Notes: a model not told the origin generated them from the sequence alone. A DNA stretch of 64,000 nt from an uncultured Alphaproteobacteria bacterium (GCA_963839725.1 CAWIWT010000043.1:1798-65797), one strand, 5' to 3'; positions 10,023 to 20,192 are shown, counted from the first letter of the stretch. Translations and numbers: made by a program.

Positions 10023-11376
10023 ACACCTCGCCCGCGCCGCATTCGTCTATGTTCGTCAGTCAACGAATGATCAGGTTCTCAACAATCACGAGAGTCGGCG
10101 TCGCCAATATGGCTTGGTCGAGCGCGCTCGCGCCCTGGGCTGGTCGACCGTGGAGGTGATCGACGACGACCTCGGCCGCTCCGGCTCCGGCATCGCCCGC
10201 CCTGGCTTTGAGAAGCTGCTCGCCGCGATCTGCGAGGGGCGCGTCGGCGCCGTCGTCTCGACCGAGGCCTCACGGCTTGCCCGCAACGGGCGCGACTGGC
10301 ACACACTGCTCGAGTTCTGCGGCCTGGTCGGCACGCTGATCGTCGACGAGGACGGCGTCTACGATGCGCGGCACCCGAACGATCGTTTGCTGCTTGGCAT
10401 GAAGGGCACGATGAGCGAGATGGAGCTGTCGCTGTTCCGCCAGCGCTCGCTCGAAGCCCTCAAGCAGAAAGCCCGCCGCGGCGAACTCTTCCTCACGGTG
10501 GCGATCGGCTACCTGAAGACCTCGCACAATCGCATTGAGAGAGATCCGGATCGTCGCGTCCAAGAGGCAATCGCGTTGGTCTTTGCCAAGTTCGCCGAGA
10601 TGCAGACCGTTCGGCAAGTCCACCTTTGGATGCGCCAACAGCGCCTGCCGTTGCCGGCGATTGAATACGGCGCAGAGGGGCGCAAGGTGGTCTGGAAACT
10701 CCCGGTCTACAACACCCTGCATCATATGCTGACCAACCCGCTCTATGCCGGGGCCTACGCCTTCGGGCGGACCGGGAGCCGGATCATCATCGAGGCCGGC
10801 CGCAAACGGATCGTGCGCGGCTTCCGCAAGGATCGCAGCGCATGGGAGGTTTTGATCCGCGACCACCATGAGGGCTACATTGGCTGGGCGGAGTTCGAGA
10901 GGAATCAGCGCCTGATCAGCGACAACGCCAACGGCAAGAGCTTCCTGAGCCGCGGTTCAGTCCGGCGCGGTGAGGCGCTGCTGGCTGGCCTGCTGCGCTG
11001 CGGGCACTGCGGCCGCAAGCTCCACGTCGCCTATAGCGGCAAGAACGGAAGCGCGGGCCGCTATCACTGTCGTGGCGGTCATCTCAACCACGGCGCCGAT
11101 TGGTGTATCTCGTTCGGCGGGATGCGGATCGATCGAGCGGTCGGCGCTGAGGTCATCGAACGGCTGCAGCCGCTGGGCATAGAAGCCGCCATCGGTGCTA
11201 TGGAAGCGCGGCGGACCGAGACCGCCGGGAAGCTGCGCCAACTCGAGCTCGCGCTCGAGCAGGCACGCTACGAGGTCCGCCAGGCGCGTCGTCAGTACGA
11301 CGCGGTCGACCCCGACAACCGCCTTGTTGCGCCGACGACATCCTGGAACGAGCGCCTTCGCTCGGCCCGAAGATGA
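10003..11376 (+). CDS. Large serine recombinase (resolvase, recombinase and Zn-ribbon domains), C-terminally truncated
   Basis: YVRQST catalytic Ser motif, EASRLARN, NPLYAGAY, Zn ribbon CGHCG...YHC, coiled coil ending at WNERL where istB sequence resumes. Confidence 0.9.
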   Translation: MTKITPEHLARAAFVYVRQSTNDQVLNNHESRRRQYGLVERARALGWSTVEVIDDDLGRSGSGIARPGFEKLLAAICEGRVGAVVSTEASRLARNGRDWHTLLEFCGLVGTLIVDEDGVYDARHPNDRLLLGMKGTMSEMELSLFRQRSLEALKQKARRGELFLTVAIGYLKTSHNRIERDPDRRVQEAIALVFAKFAEMQTVRQVHLWMRQQRLPLPAIEYGAEGRKVVWKLPVYNTLHHMLTNPLYAGAYAFGRTGSRIIIEAGRKRIVRGFRKDRSAWEVLIRDHHEGYIGWAEFERNQRLISDNANGKSFLSRGSVRRGEALLAGLLRCGHCGRKLHVAYSGKNGSAGRYHCRGGHLNHGADWCISFGGMRIDRAVGAEVIERLQPLGIEAAIGAMEARRTETAGKLRQLELALEQARYEVRQARRQYDAVDPDNRLVAPTTSWNERLRSARR

Positions 11377-11689
11377 GGATATTGGCGCCCGGCTCGATCC
11401 AGGCATTGCCAGTGGCCAGCGCGGCGATATGGGCTTTGCGGATCGAGGGGGCGGCGGCGAAGTCGAAGGTCTCGAGCGTCTTGCCTGGCGGCAGGGCGGA
11501 TTGGGCGAGGTGTCGGGCGATGCGGCGGGTGGCCCGCTCAGCCAGTTCATGCTCGCAGAGGACGGCGAGGAAGCGAGCCGCGCCCCAGCCCTCCTTGTCG
11601 GCGCGTGCCCCGAACTCCTGCCAGAGACGTCCGATGGTCGGCATTCTGAGCTCGGTGAGCATCAGCGGCAACTTGGCGGCGTCGGTCAT
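11359..11689 (-). pseudogene. istB: IstB ATPase, 5' part
   Basis: MTDAAKLPLMLTELRMP...KTLETFDF...ANILIFGPS; ATG overlaps the istA stop (ATGA). Confidence 0.9.
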
Positions 11690-13208
11690 GGCGGGATCTG
11701 CGGATGTGGTGCGGCGGCGATAAGGCGGTCATAAGCCTCGAGGTCGGGAGCCGGGATGGTGATGCGAGGCGGCGCCGTCGGCACCGGAGCGATGGCCAGG
11801 CGGGCTGCTTCCAGATCGGGGATTTGGCTGGCATCGAGGATGGCCTGGAGGTGAGTCGGCGAGCGCATCCAGGCAGCCGTGGGTCGCCGCCAGATGCAGG
11901 AGGCCGACATAGACGCGGCAGGCCTTGCGCGGCTCGAGCTTGTGGTCGAGCGCCTCCCAGGCCCGGCGGAAGACAGCCCTGGGGAAGAGATCCTCGCGGA
12001 ACACGGAGTGACGGAAGGCCTGCGGCTTCTTGACGAGGGTGCCGATCAGGTGGCGCCAATCGACCTGACGGACGGCCTTGTCGCCGGCGCGGCGATATCG
12101 GCGCGGCAGGGTGAGGACCGGCGTGGTGCCGAGGTAGCAGACGAGCCGGTCGTCATAGATGTGGACCTTCAGCCTGGTGCCGATGAGGCGGGAGGGCACG
12201 CTGTAGAGGACGCCGCGCGCCATGATCGTGCCGAAGCGGGTGACGCCGACGGTGGCCAGGGAGAAGTCGGTGGTGCGATGCCGCGGTAGAGGCTGCAAGG
12301 CCTTGAGCTCGATGGCGACAGCTGCGGCGCGCCGCGCATTCTTGCGAGCGACGGTCTCGGCCAGGAAGGCCTGATAGGCGGCGAGGTCGGCAAAGTCGCC
12401 CGACCCGCGCAGCTCCAGGGCTTCCCTGATGGAACGCTTGAGGTGACCATGCGCGGCCTCGACGGCGCCGTTCTCATGCGCCACGCCGGCATTGTTGCGG
12501 GTCGGCTCCAGACCATAGTGGCGGCAGAAGGCGGCATAGCCCTTGGCCTCGTCATCGCGGTCGGCGAGGTTGCGATAGGCGGCCGAGAGCCGGTCGGTGC
12601 GGTGCTCGCGCGGCACGCCGCCGAGCTGCCAAAGCGCCTCCTGCAAGCCCTCGGTCAGGGCGGTGTAGCTCTCCCCGCCCTGAACGACACGGACATGCTC
12701 CCAGCCCGAGAAGGCGAGCCAGAAGTGGTAGAGCATGTGCTTGAACGGCCTGCCGGCAAGCGTCACCAAGAAGCCATCGGGATGGGTGAAGTCGGACAGC
12801 GCCTGGCGACCGGGCGGATGCTCTTGCCGGAAGATCAGCTCGCGCTCGGGACCCTCGGTCGCCCGCCAATGGGCGACGTGGCGCTGGAGAGTGCGCAGCA
12901 GCCGGTCCGGATAACGGCCGGGATGCAGCCGCTGCAGTTCTTCAAGCAGGGTCGTGGCGCGAATGCCCGGCGCCCGCTCCAGGATCGGCACGATCTCGGC
13001 GCGCCACACGTCCTGGAAGGGATCGACCCGGGTCCGGTACCTGTCGGGGGAGCCGCTGGCTCGCCAGTATGCGGCGCCCCTTCTCGATGCGCCGTGCCGT
13101 GCTCTCGCTGAAGCCGGCTCGTGCCGACGCGATCGCTTGGCTTGACCCCTCCTTGCGCTCGTCCATGAACCGCCTGACCTGGCGGTCGGTGATGTGCCCT
13201 CCCGGCAT
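11686..13208 (-). pseudogene. istA: IS21 transposase IstA, two +1 frameshifts near 13040 and 11860
   Basis: N-terminal HTH, QALSDFTH, HRTDRLSAA and ENGAVE DDE segments, across ORFs 12942-13262, 11729-13009 and 11686-11910. Confidence 0.88.
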
Positions 13209-13303
13209 CCGATCCCCCCGTGCGGGAGGAGGTCGAAATCGGGCAGCTCCCCGACCGGTCATCCTAATCGTCGTCAGGCGCTCACCTTAATCGTCGTCGC
13301 GCA

Positions 13304-13734
13304 TCGGGTTTCGCCTCCCCCGAGTTGACCGCTTCGGCATTCTTGATGACATAAAGCATCGAGGCATATTCCGCCCCGGTCTCGGGATTCTCCAGCCGCC
13401 CGAGAGCGTAGACGAAGTCCTCGGCTGTCACTGGATCGCCGTTCGACCACACGGCGTCCTCACGGAGCTTGAAGGTGTAGACCGTGCCGTCGTCGGAGAC
13501 CGTCCAGCTCTCCGCCGCACCGGGGATTAGCTCGCCGCGCGCATCGGGCATCACCAGCCCTTCGAAGAGGTCGCGCAGGATGTGAGCCTCGTTAACCGTC
13601 GATGTCTTGTGCGGATCGAGCGATTCCGGCTCCGACATGTTGCCGCGATTGTAGACCATCTCCGCGAATGCGCTGCCGGCAACGAGCAGAGTTAGTGCTA
13701 GCGCGATTGCGAGTTTCGCCGCCCTTCGTCGCAT
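13304..13734 (-). pseudogene. oppA: Oligopeptide ABC substrate-binding protein, 5' part with signal peptide
   Basis: RBS-like GGAG then MRRRAAKLAIALAL...AFA signal; EPESLDPH, LFEGLV, YTFKLREDAVWSNGDPVTAEDF; stops at the IS21 end. Confidence 0.88.
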
Positions 13735-13736
13735 GT

Positions 13737-14062
13737 TCAGCTCCTGTTCCTTGCATATACGTCCGCTTCCACCCGACGAAGAAGCGGCAGGAAGCGCGGA
13801 TGGTCGCGGATCGGGTCGAGGTCCGTGTCGCGACTGATCCAATCGAGCGTGCCGGGCTTGGCCCGCATGACCCAACGCTCGAGAAGATCGAGGGCCTTTT
13901 CCTTCTCCCCGACGAGCACGTAGTCGCACGCGACGTTATAAATCGTCAGCGCGTCGTCCGGCGCGATCGTCAACGCGCGCGTCATCCACTCCAGAGCGCG
14001 CTCCCGATCGCCAAGGCGGGCGAGAGCGCCGGCGCCGAGTGTAGCCGCGAGCGGCACATCTG
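13737..14062 (-). pseudogene. C-terminal TPR remnant of a cyclase-type protein
   Basis: ALEWMTRALTIAPDD..IYNVACDY...DTDLDPIRDHPRF; no N-terminus. Confidence 0.6.
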
Positions 14063-14140
14063 TCATGAGAGGGATCCCTGAGCGGTGGCTGAAATCATTC
14101 CCTTCTTTCCCCGAATCCCCCGCTCCAGCACCCCATCTCG
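14063..14140 (-). repeat. Inverted ~77-bp copy of 1926-2001
   Basis: Reverse complement aligns with about 10 differences, including shared GGGGAAAGAAGGGAATGATT and CAGCCACCGCT. Confidence 0.85.
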
Positions 14141-14158
14141 CGCCGCGCCTCCCCTTGC

Positions 14159-14554
14159 ATGCCGCTAATCCGTCTGTTAGACACTGAACCACATGGTTCA
14201 GTATATCCAGCCCGCCTCGATGCCTCGTTCGCCGCGCTCTCGGACGCCACCCGACGCGGCGTTCTGGAGCAGCTCGGACGTGCAGACGCTTCGATCACGG
14301 AGCTTGCCGAGAAGTTCCACATGACCCTCACGGGCATGAAGAAGCACGTCGGCGTGTTGGAGCAGGCGGGGCTCGTCACCACGGAGAAGGTCGGGCGCGT
14401 GCGGACCTGCAAGCTCGGCCTACGCCGACTGGAGGAAGAGGCGGCATGGATCGAGAGGTACCGCCAGCTCTGGGACGCACGCTTCGACGAGTTGGACAAG
14501 GTTGTCGAGGAATTGAAACGGAAGGAGAAACTCGATGGACGAGAGAAGAGATAG
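14159..14554 (+). CDS. ArsR/SmtB-family transcriptional regulator
   Basis: FAALSDATRRGVLEQL, ELAEKFHMTLTGMKKHVGVLEQAGLV. The likely true start ATG 14193 (MVQY) is out of frame by one base at a C run. Confidence 0.85.
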   Translation: MPLIRLLDTEPHGSVYPARLDASFAALSDATRRGVLEQLGRADASITELAEKFHMTLTGMKKHVGVLEQAGLVTTEKVGRVRTCKLGLRRLEEEAAWIERYRQLWDARFDELDKVVEELKRKEKLDGREKR

Positions 14555-15053
14555 TGAGCCCACCCCCATGAAGAACCACACGACGGTGGAACGGAAGTCA
14601 GAGCGTGAGCTGGTCGTTACGCGAACCTTCAACGGCCCGGCGCGCATCGTGTTCGAGGCTTGGACCAAGCCTGAGCTGTTCATGCGGTGGTGGGCACCGA
14701 AGTCGATGGGCGTGCCCCTGCTGTCCTGCGAGATGGATGTTCGTACCGGGGGCAAATACCGTCTCGAGTTCGGACAGGATGCCTCAAACTCCTGGGCATT
14801 CTTCGGCAAGTACATCGAAGTGATACCGCACTCGCGCCTCGTCTGGACCAATGAAGAAGATGAGGACGGCGCCGTGACCACGGTGACATTCGAGGAAAAG
14901 GGTGACAAGACGCTGCTGGTCCTGCACGAACTCTATCCCTCGAAGGAAGCTCTCGACGACGCCATCGCCGGGATGGAGGGTGGGATGCCCGAGCAGTTCG
15001 AGCAGCTGGACGAGCTTCTCGTCACCCTGGGCGCGAGCGTGGGAGGGTCATGA
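14535..15053 (+). CDS. SRPBCC/AHSA1-domain protein
   Basis: ELVVTRTFNGPARIVFEAWTKPELFMRWW, MDVRTGGKYR; overlaps arsR, a common pairing. Confidence 0.88.
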   Translation: MDERRDSEPTPMKNHTTVERKSERELVVTRTFNGPARIVFEAWTKPELFMRWWAPKSMGVPLLSCEMDVRTGGKYRLEFGQDASNSWAFFGKYIEVIPHSRLVWTNEEDEDGAVTTVTFEEKGDKTLLVLHELYPSKEALDDAIAGMEGGMPEQFEQLDELLVTLGASVGGS

Positions 15054-15339
15054 CGTCGTCGATCTCGCGGTCGGCCGCCTGGCTCTTTACTACGCGGAAG
15101 AGAACCCCGACGAGGTCGTCGTCGTCCTCGACGAAAAGACCGAGGCTCTGATCCGCGAGCTCGAAGCCCGGCATGGCCACCTTCGACACGCCATACTACG
15201 CTGCAACTTGATGGTGGATCGGCGGGATTTAACGCATACGCCGAAATAATCTGCTGGCACTCAGACATGTCATAGGCACGGTCCGCTCTTGGAGATCGGC
15301 GAACGCAGCTTTGACGACCGAGATGCGGCTGCAAAGTTG

Positions 15340-15545
15340 ACATGGCATACGCGCTGCAGCCCGCCCACGCCGGGTCCGGATTCTTGGACGGCGCATCGCA
15401 CCTGTCGGCACCGACACGGCGCGAGGTGGAACTCGCGCAGGCTCGCGGCTGGGACCAGACTATCCGGCTGGCGTGTCAGACATCCGCGAACGGGGACGTC
15501 ACGCTGGAACGGATCGTGCTCAGCGAGGCGACAGCGAGCCATCGT
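15340..15545 (+). pseudogene. Degraded 2Fe-2S ferredoxin-domain fragment
   Basis: GWDQTIRLACQTSANGDV matches the ferredoxin RLACQ motif; upstream Cys motifs are disrupted. Confidence 0.35.
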
Positions 15546-16225
15546 CGCTCGAAGTCGCGTAGTCCGAGCACACGCCGCTCGCGCGAAAAGCAAACGCACG
15601 CATCGACTACCACTTCGACAGACTCGCATTCAAGAGCCCCATCCTTCCGGCAAATGCGCGCGGGCGTGCTTTTCGTTAACCCGGAGCCCCTCACAGTTCC
15701 GTCCAATGATAGAGAAGGCCGATGACCACGATCTCCAGGATAAGCAGAATGGCGCAGATAGCGCCACCTGCTGCGTAGCCTCGCCAAAATTGTAAAATGT
15801 CCTCTTCGCGCTCAAGAGCTTCCGCCAACCTGCCGCAGGGGCGAGTGGTGTTGCCGGCTGCGGCAGGCTAAACCACGGCTGCGGAACCGTGCAGCGTGCC
15901 GGAAGCCACCTGACACGCTGCAAATTAACCGGGTTGATCGGCGGTTGGTTCCGCATACATGAGCGGCGTAAAAAGTCAGCACCTTAGAAGTATCCCGCGT
16001 TTGCAGCCACCCATATGGCGTTTGCCCTCCAGCGTTGTGAACCGCGTTTTTCAATCCCCTCAGCAGGAGCATGACCAATGATCTCATACGTCAAGAAACC
16101 CGAACCGCCGATCCGATATTGATTTCTTAGCCAAGCCCTTGCCGACGCCGCCACCCTCTGATCCCCTGCCAAACGGCTCAATGCGATGCTGATTCGCTTT
16201 TTCATGGGAATCTAGAGGACTAACA

Positions 16226-17410
16226 ATGACCACTAGAGACAGGCCGGCAATCTTGGAGATGAGGCCGAAAATAACCGTCATAGGGGTGGGTGGCGGTGGC
16301 GGAAACGCCGTCAACAACATGATCGCCGAAAAACTGCAAGGCGCCGAGTTTATCGTCGCTAATACGGATGCCCAGGCGCTCGCTATGTCGAACGCGCCAC
16401 GGCTGATTCAGTTGGGTGCCAGGGTCACGGAAGGCTTAGGCGCCGGGTCACTTCCCCACATCGGCCGTGATGCCGCAGAGGAATGGATCGACGAAATCAT
16501 GGATCACCTTTCGGGGACTCACATGTGCTTCGTAACTGCAGGTATGGGAGGTGGAACGGGAACTGGAGCTGCCCCCATCATAGCTCAGGCCGCTCGCAAC
16601 GCGGGAATACTCACAGTGGCTGTCGTTACCAAGCCCTTCGTCTTCGAAGGGAAGCAGAGGATGCAATCCGCCGAGGAAGGCATAGAACGTCTTCGCGAAT
16701 GTGCGGATACCGTAATCGTCATTCCCAACCAGAACCTGTTCAGAATCGCGGATGCCAGGACGACGTTCGCCGAGGCGTTCGCCATGGCGGATCGTGTCCT
16801 CTATTCGGGCGTCGGCTGCATCACCGATCTCATTGTAAAAGAAGGGCTGATCAATCTCGACTTTGCCGACGTGAAGTCGGTGATGCGCGACATGGGACGC
16901 GCAATGATGGGAACCGGCGAGGCCATGGGCGTAGGCCGAGCCATTAAGGCGGCGGAAGCTGCCATCGCAAACCCGCTTCTCGACGAATCTTCCATGATTG
17001 GAGCCAAGGGAGTGCTTGTGTCGATCTCGGGCGGGATGGACATGACTCTGTTTGAGATCGACGAGGCAGCCACTCGCATTCGTGATGAGGTTGATGACGA
17101 TGCCGACATTATCGTCGGCGCCATTTTCGATCAGGCGCTTGAAGGCAAATTCAGGGTGTCCGTCGTCGCGACGGGACTGCGACATGCAGTGGCAGCGAGA
17201 ATCACAGAGGCACACAGGTTGATCTGGTGGGGGGCGACTTCTAAGCTGAGACAAAGGGAAACAATGCAACAGAACAAACTCTATCTCGTCATCGGCGCGC
17301 TTGTGGTCGTTGTCATTGGCCTTGGGATCTACGTCCTGCGAGAGGAGACCAAGCCGGAAGGTGTTGAGTTGCGCATCGACAATTCCGGCATATCGCTTGA
17401 GCAAAAGTGA
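16226..17410 (+). CDS. ftsZ: Short FtsZ paralogue (FtsZ2-like), reading through in frame into a 48-aa membrane protein
   Basis: [15 protein letters not shown], tubulin signature [29 protein letters not shown]. No long linker or conserved C-terminal peptide. Confidence 0.9.
   Translation: MTTRDRPAILEMRPKITVIGVGGGGGNAVNNMIAEKLQGAEFIVANTDAQALAMSNAPRLIQLGARVTEGLGAGSLPHIGRDAAEEWIDEIMDHLSGTHMCFVTAGMGGGTGTGAAPIIAQAARNAGILTVAVVTKPFVFEGKQRMQSAEEGIERLRECADTVIVIPNQNLFRIADARTTFAEAFAMADRVLYSGVGCITDLIVKEGLINLDFADVKSVMRDMGRAMMGTGEAMGVGRAIKAAEAAIANPLLDESSMIGAKGVLVSISGGMDMTLFEIDEAATRIRDEVDDDADIIVGAIFDQALEGKFRVSVVATGLRHAVAARITEAHRLIWWGATSKLRQRETMQQNKLYLVIGALVVVVIGLGIYVLREETKPEGVELRIDNSGISLEQK
17264..17410 (+). 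CDS. Small single-pass membrane protein
   Basis: Own RBS-like AAGGGA before ATG 17264; hydrophobic [20 protein letters not shown]. Confidence 0.6.
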   Translation: MQQNKLYLVIGALVVVVIGLGIYVLREETKPEGVELRIDNSGISLEQK

Positions 17411-17437
17411 GAAACACATCCTGTTCGCTGGCGCCCT

Positions 17438-17462
17438 GGAACGCTTATCGCTCGTCCGCATT
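17438..17462 (+). promoter_or_regulatory. Candidate general-stress ECF sigma (EcfG/RpoE2-type) promoter
   Basis: GGAAC-N16-CATT. Confidence 0.3.
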
Positions 17463-17629
17463 TAGGCCTATCGACGGCAAAACCCGCCAAATTGTCCAAA
17501 TTATCGTGATCATAATTGGCATTGTTTCGCTGCTGAAATACCTCGCCGTTTTCTAGGCGAGCCGAACCCGCGCAGGACCGCATCGTCTGATCGGCCAAGC
17601 GTTGAACTGCATCAACGGGAGCGTCACTC

Positions 17630-17938
17630 ATGAACGTCGCCAATCTCCAACTGGAAGGGCTGATGATGGCGTTGGCGTCGATCAACGGCCTGCTTGTTCA
17701 AAAGGGTGTTTTATCGATCGAGGAAATTGACGTAGCGCTGCATAAAGCGGAGTCGTCGATCGCAAGCGACGATCGTGTCAACGAAGACATGTCGCCGGCC
17801 AATCGTGATGCGGTTTGTTTTCCGCTGCGCCTGCTGCGTATGGCTAACAAGTCCGACGCCGAAAACGGTACGCCATCCTTCCCGGATCTGGCCAGGATGG
17901 TTGGAAGAACAAAAGCGCCATACAACGATCAGAGGTGA
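17630..17938 (+). CDS. Hypothetical protein
   Basis: RBS-like GGGAG, 102-aa ORF with plausible composition. Confidence 0.65.
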   Translation: MNVANLQLEGLMMALASINGLLVQKGVLSIEEIDVALHKAESSIASDDRVNEDMSPANRDAVCFPLRLLRMANKSDAENGTPSFPDLARMVGRTKAPYNDQR

Positions 17939-17950
17939 GGAAACCAGAAA

Positions 17951-18133
17951 ATGGCCGACGACAAGACCAAGATCGCGGAGGATCGCAAACTGATTGCAGC
18001 GGAGGAGCCATATGAAGTGAGCGCCTTCGCCAAGAAATACGGCATCCCCCCAAGCGAAGCCAAAACCATAATCAAGCGCTACGGCCCCGCTCGGAAGAAG
18101 CTCGACGCCTATATGGCATCTCGTCAGGCCTGA
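17951..18133 (+). CDS. Small DUF3606-like protein
   Basis: MADDKTK..DR..I...EPYEV..FAKKYGI; GAGG RBS. Confidence 0.65.
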   Translation: MADDKTKIAEDRKLIAAEEPYEVSAFAKKYGIPPSEAKTIIKRYGPARKKLDAYMASRQA

Positions 18134-18172
18134 GGCGCTCGACAATTCAGCACAAACGCGGAAGCAGGTCGC

Positions 18173-19735
18173 GTGACAGCGATCGATTTGCCTCAAGACA
18201 CCTCTGACCTTGATGAGAACGCGCTGCTGGACATCGTCCAACGGCAGACGATCCGGTATTTTTGGGAAGGAGCGCATCCTGTTTGCGGGCTCGCACGCGA
18301 TCGACATCTGACAACTGGCAACTCGGGGAAGAACCATCTGGTTGCGATCGGCGGGTCTGGCTTCGGCATCATGGCGATCGTCGTCGCGGTAGAGCGAGGA
18401 TGGATCCCACGTTCCGCCGCGTTGAGCCGCCTCGATCAAATGCTCGCCATGCTGGAAACCGCGCCGCGCTACCACGGCATGTTTTCGCATTTCATCGACG
18501 GCCGAACCGGTGCGACGATTCCCTTCCGAAGAAAAGACGATGGCGCTGATGTAGTCGAAACAACGTTTCTGTTTCAGGGGTTGATCTGCGCCCGCCAATA
18601 TTTCGCTCGGAACACCCCGCTGGAAGCCCGGCTTCGGAGCCGCATCGAGGTGCTGCTGGCTGAAGCAGAGTGGACCTGGTTCACACGCGGCCGTCGAAGT
18701 CTCTATTGGCATTGGAGCCCCAACCATGGCTGGGCGATGAATCTTCCGATCGAGGGATGGAATGAATGCCTGCTCTGTTTCGTATTGGCGGCGGGTTCAG
18801 AGCACCACGCGATTGATCCTGAAATCTATCACGAAGGTTTTGCGCGAGGCATCGAATTCCGCAACTTCAGCGGCCCATTGTTCTTTTCGCACTTTTCCTT
18901 CTGCGGGCTTGATCCGAATGGCCTCAGCGATAACCACGCGGACTACTGGGAACAGAATGTTGGCCACACGCGAGCGAATTACTGGCACTGCGTCCACAAT
19001 CCACATGGTCATGTCGGATACGGCCCGGACTGCTGGGGGTTGACCGCCAGCCACGGACCCAGCGGCTATGTCGCGCATTCACCGGAAAGAGACATCGGAG
19101 TCATCACACCGTCTGCTGCGCTGTCGAGCTTCCCTTACGCGCCTGTTGAAGCGTTGGACGCATTGCGCGGGTTTCTAACAAAGCCGCGCAGGCGAATCTG
19201 GGGTCGCTTCGGCTTCGTCGATTCATTTTGCGAAACGCGTGACTGGTATTCCCGAACCTATCTGGCGATCAATCAAGGGCCGATCGTCACAATGATCGAG
19301 AACCATCGCTCCGGACTTTTGTGGCGGCTGTTTATGAACGCGCCCGAGGTACGAACAGGCTTGGCGAGACTGGGTTTACTAGCCCGTACGGAGGAACCGG
19401 GCGAATGGAAACAGCTGATTGCTAGGTCGGTTCCTAATTGGACCAACTCCGGACTGCCACTGCGATCCCTCAACTATTGTGCAGCAACGAAATTGCTGCA
19501 GCTTCGTTTAGCACGATGCCGTCCATTCCGGACGTCACAACAAGGACGGCTTCGTGCGAAAAATATCAGATACTGTCGCCGACTTGCTGCGTTGCGCGCG
19601 CACCAACCACCGTCGCCAATGGCGGTCATGTGGTCCCGCTGGCCCGGACCGACATTCTTGGTGAGCAGTCGCCCTTGGCGCAGTGTCCTGCAGACATGCC
19701 GTCCTCCTCTGCCGGACGCCTCTTCATGGCGCTAA
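18173..19735 (+). CDS. Putative glucoamylase/DUF3131 (GH144-like) glycoside hydrolase, probably degenerate
   Basis: GGSGFGIMA, GADVVETTFL, GPLFFSHFSF, WGLTAS, YLAINQGP..MIENHRSGLLW. The C-terminus after about 19380 looks like read-through. Confidence 0.7.
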   Translation: MTAIDLPQDTSDLDENALLDIVQRQTIRYFWEGAHPVCGLARDRHLTTGNSGKNHLVAIGGSGFGIMAIVVAVERGWIPRSAALSRLDQMLAMLETAPRYHGMFSHFIDGRTGATIPFRRKDDGADVVETTFLFQGLICARQYFARNTPLEARLRSRIEVLLAEAEWTWFTRGRRSLYWHWSPNHGWAMNLPIEGWNECLLCFVLAAGSEHHAIDPEIYHEGFARGIEFRNFSGPLFFSHFSFCGLDPNGLSDNHADYWEQNVGHTRANYWHCVHNPHGHVGYGPDCWGLTASHGPSGYVAHSPERDIGVITPSAALSSFPYAPVEALDALRGFLTKPRRRIWGRFGFVDSFCETRDWYSRTYLAINQGPIVTMIENHRSGLLWRLFMNAPEVRTGLARLGLLARTEEPGEWKQLIARSVPNWTNSGLPLRSLNYCAATKLLQLRLARCRPFRTSQQGRLRAKNIRYCRRLAALRAHQPPSPMAVMWSRWPGPTFLVSSRPWRSVLQTCRPPLPDASSWR

Positions 19736-20192
19736 CTCCCGCTCTGTTGCCGAGGCAACGCACGCTCCCCGCTCGCGAGCGCTCCGCTCACGGCGATTTT
19801 GCTTATCATTTGTACGAAGCACTTATTATTTTGCTCCTACACGCCATTCTCGTGAGATTGCCTTCCTTGAATCGAACGCGGCACCAACTTATCGCGACGG
19901 AATACAGGACGGAACAAACTGCCGTTGGCGATATTAACGTATGCCGCTACACGGGATCGATGCGACATCCCCAATGTTGCGGTCGAGTTGGGGGAGAGCC
20001 GCGCAGCCAACACACCCCGGTTAGTGCGGCTTTTTCTTACTAGGCGCGGGCTCATCCATTGAGAACAAAATATATTTGGCATGCAAGGTCCGGCACGGAT
20101 CGGTGCTATGGTGGCTCATCGTCCATAAATTCCACGGGAAACGACGACTGAGGGCGAAGAACACGCTCTGCCCAACGGGATAGGAGCGTTCC

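Larger units (their letters stand above)
9519..11365 (+). mobile_element. Large serine recombinase element (3'-truncated) inserted in the istB Walker A codons
   Basis: 7-bp direct repeat CGCTCGG at 9512-9518 and 11359-11365. Removing the insert restores istB G-P-S-G-T-G-K-T in frame. Confidence 0.8.
9001..13303 (-). mobile_element. IS21-family insertion sequence (istA-istB) carrying a nested recombinase element
   Basis: Imperfect 49-bp terminal inverted repeats: TGTGCAACGACAATT...CGACGATTAGGATGACCGG at 9001, and the reverse complement of 13255-13303, TGCGCGACGACGATT...CGACGATTAGGATGACCGG. Each end has internal ACGACGATT-type repeats. No clear target duplication. Confidence 0.9.

Noticed and set aside
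19440-20190. ORFs 19438-20043 and 19683-19937
   Set aside because: No RBS or motif support and atypical composition.
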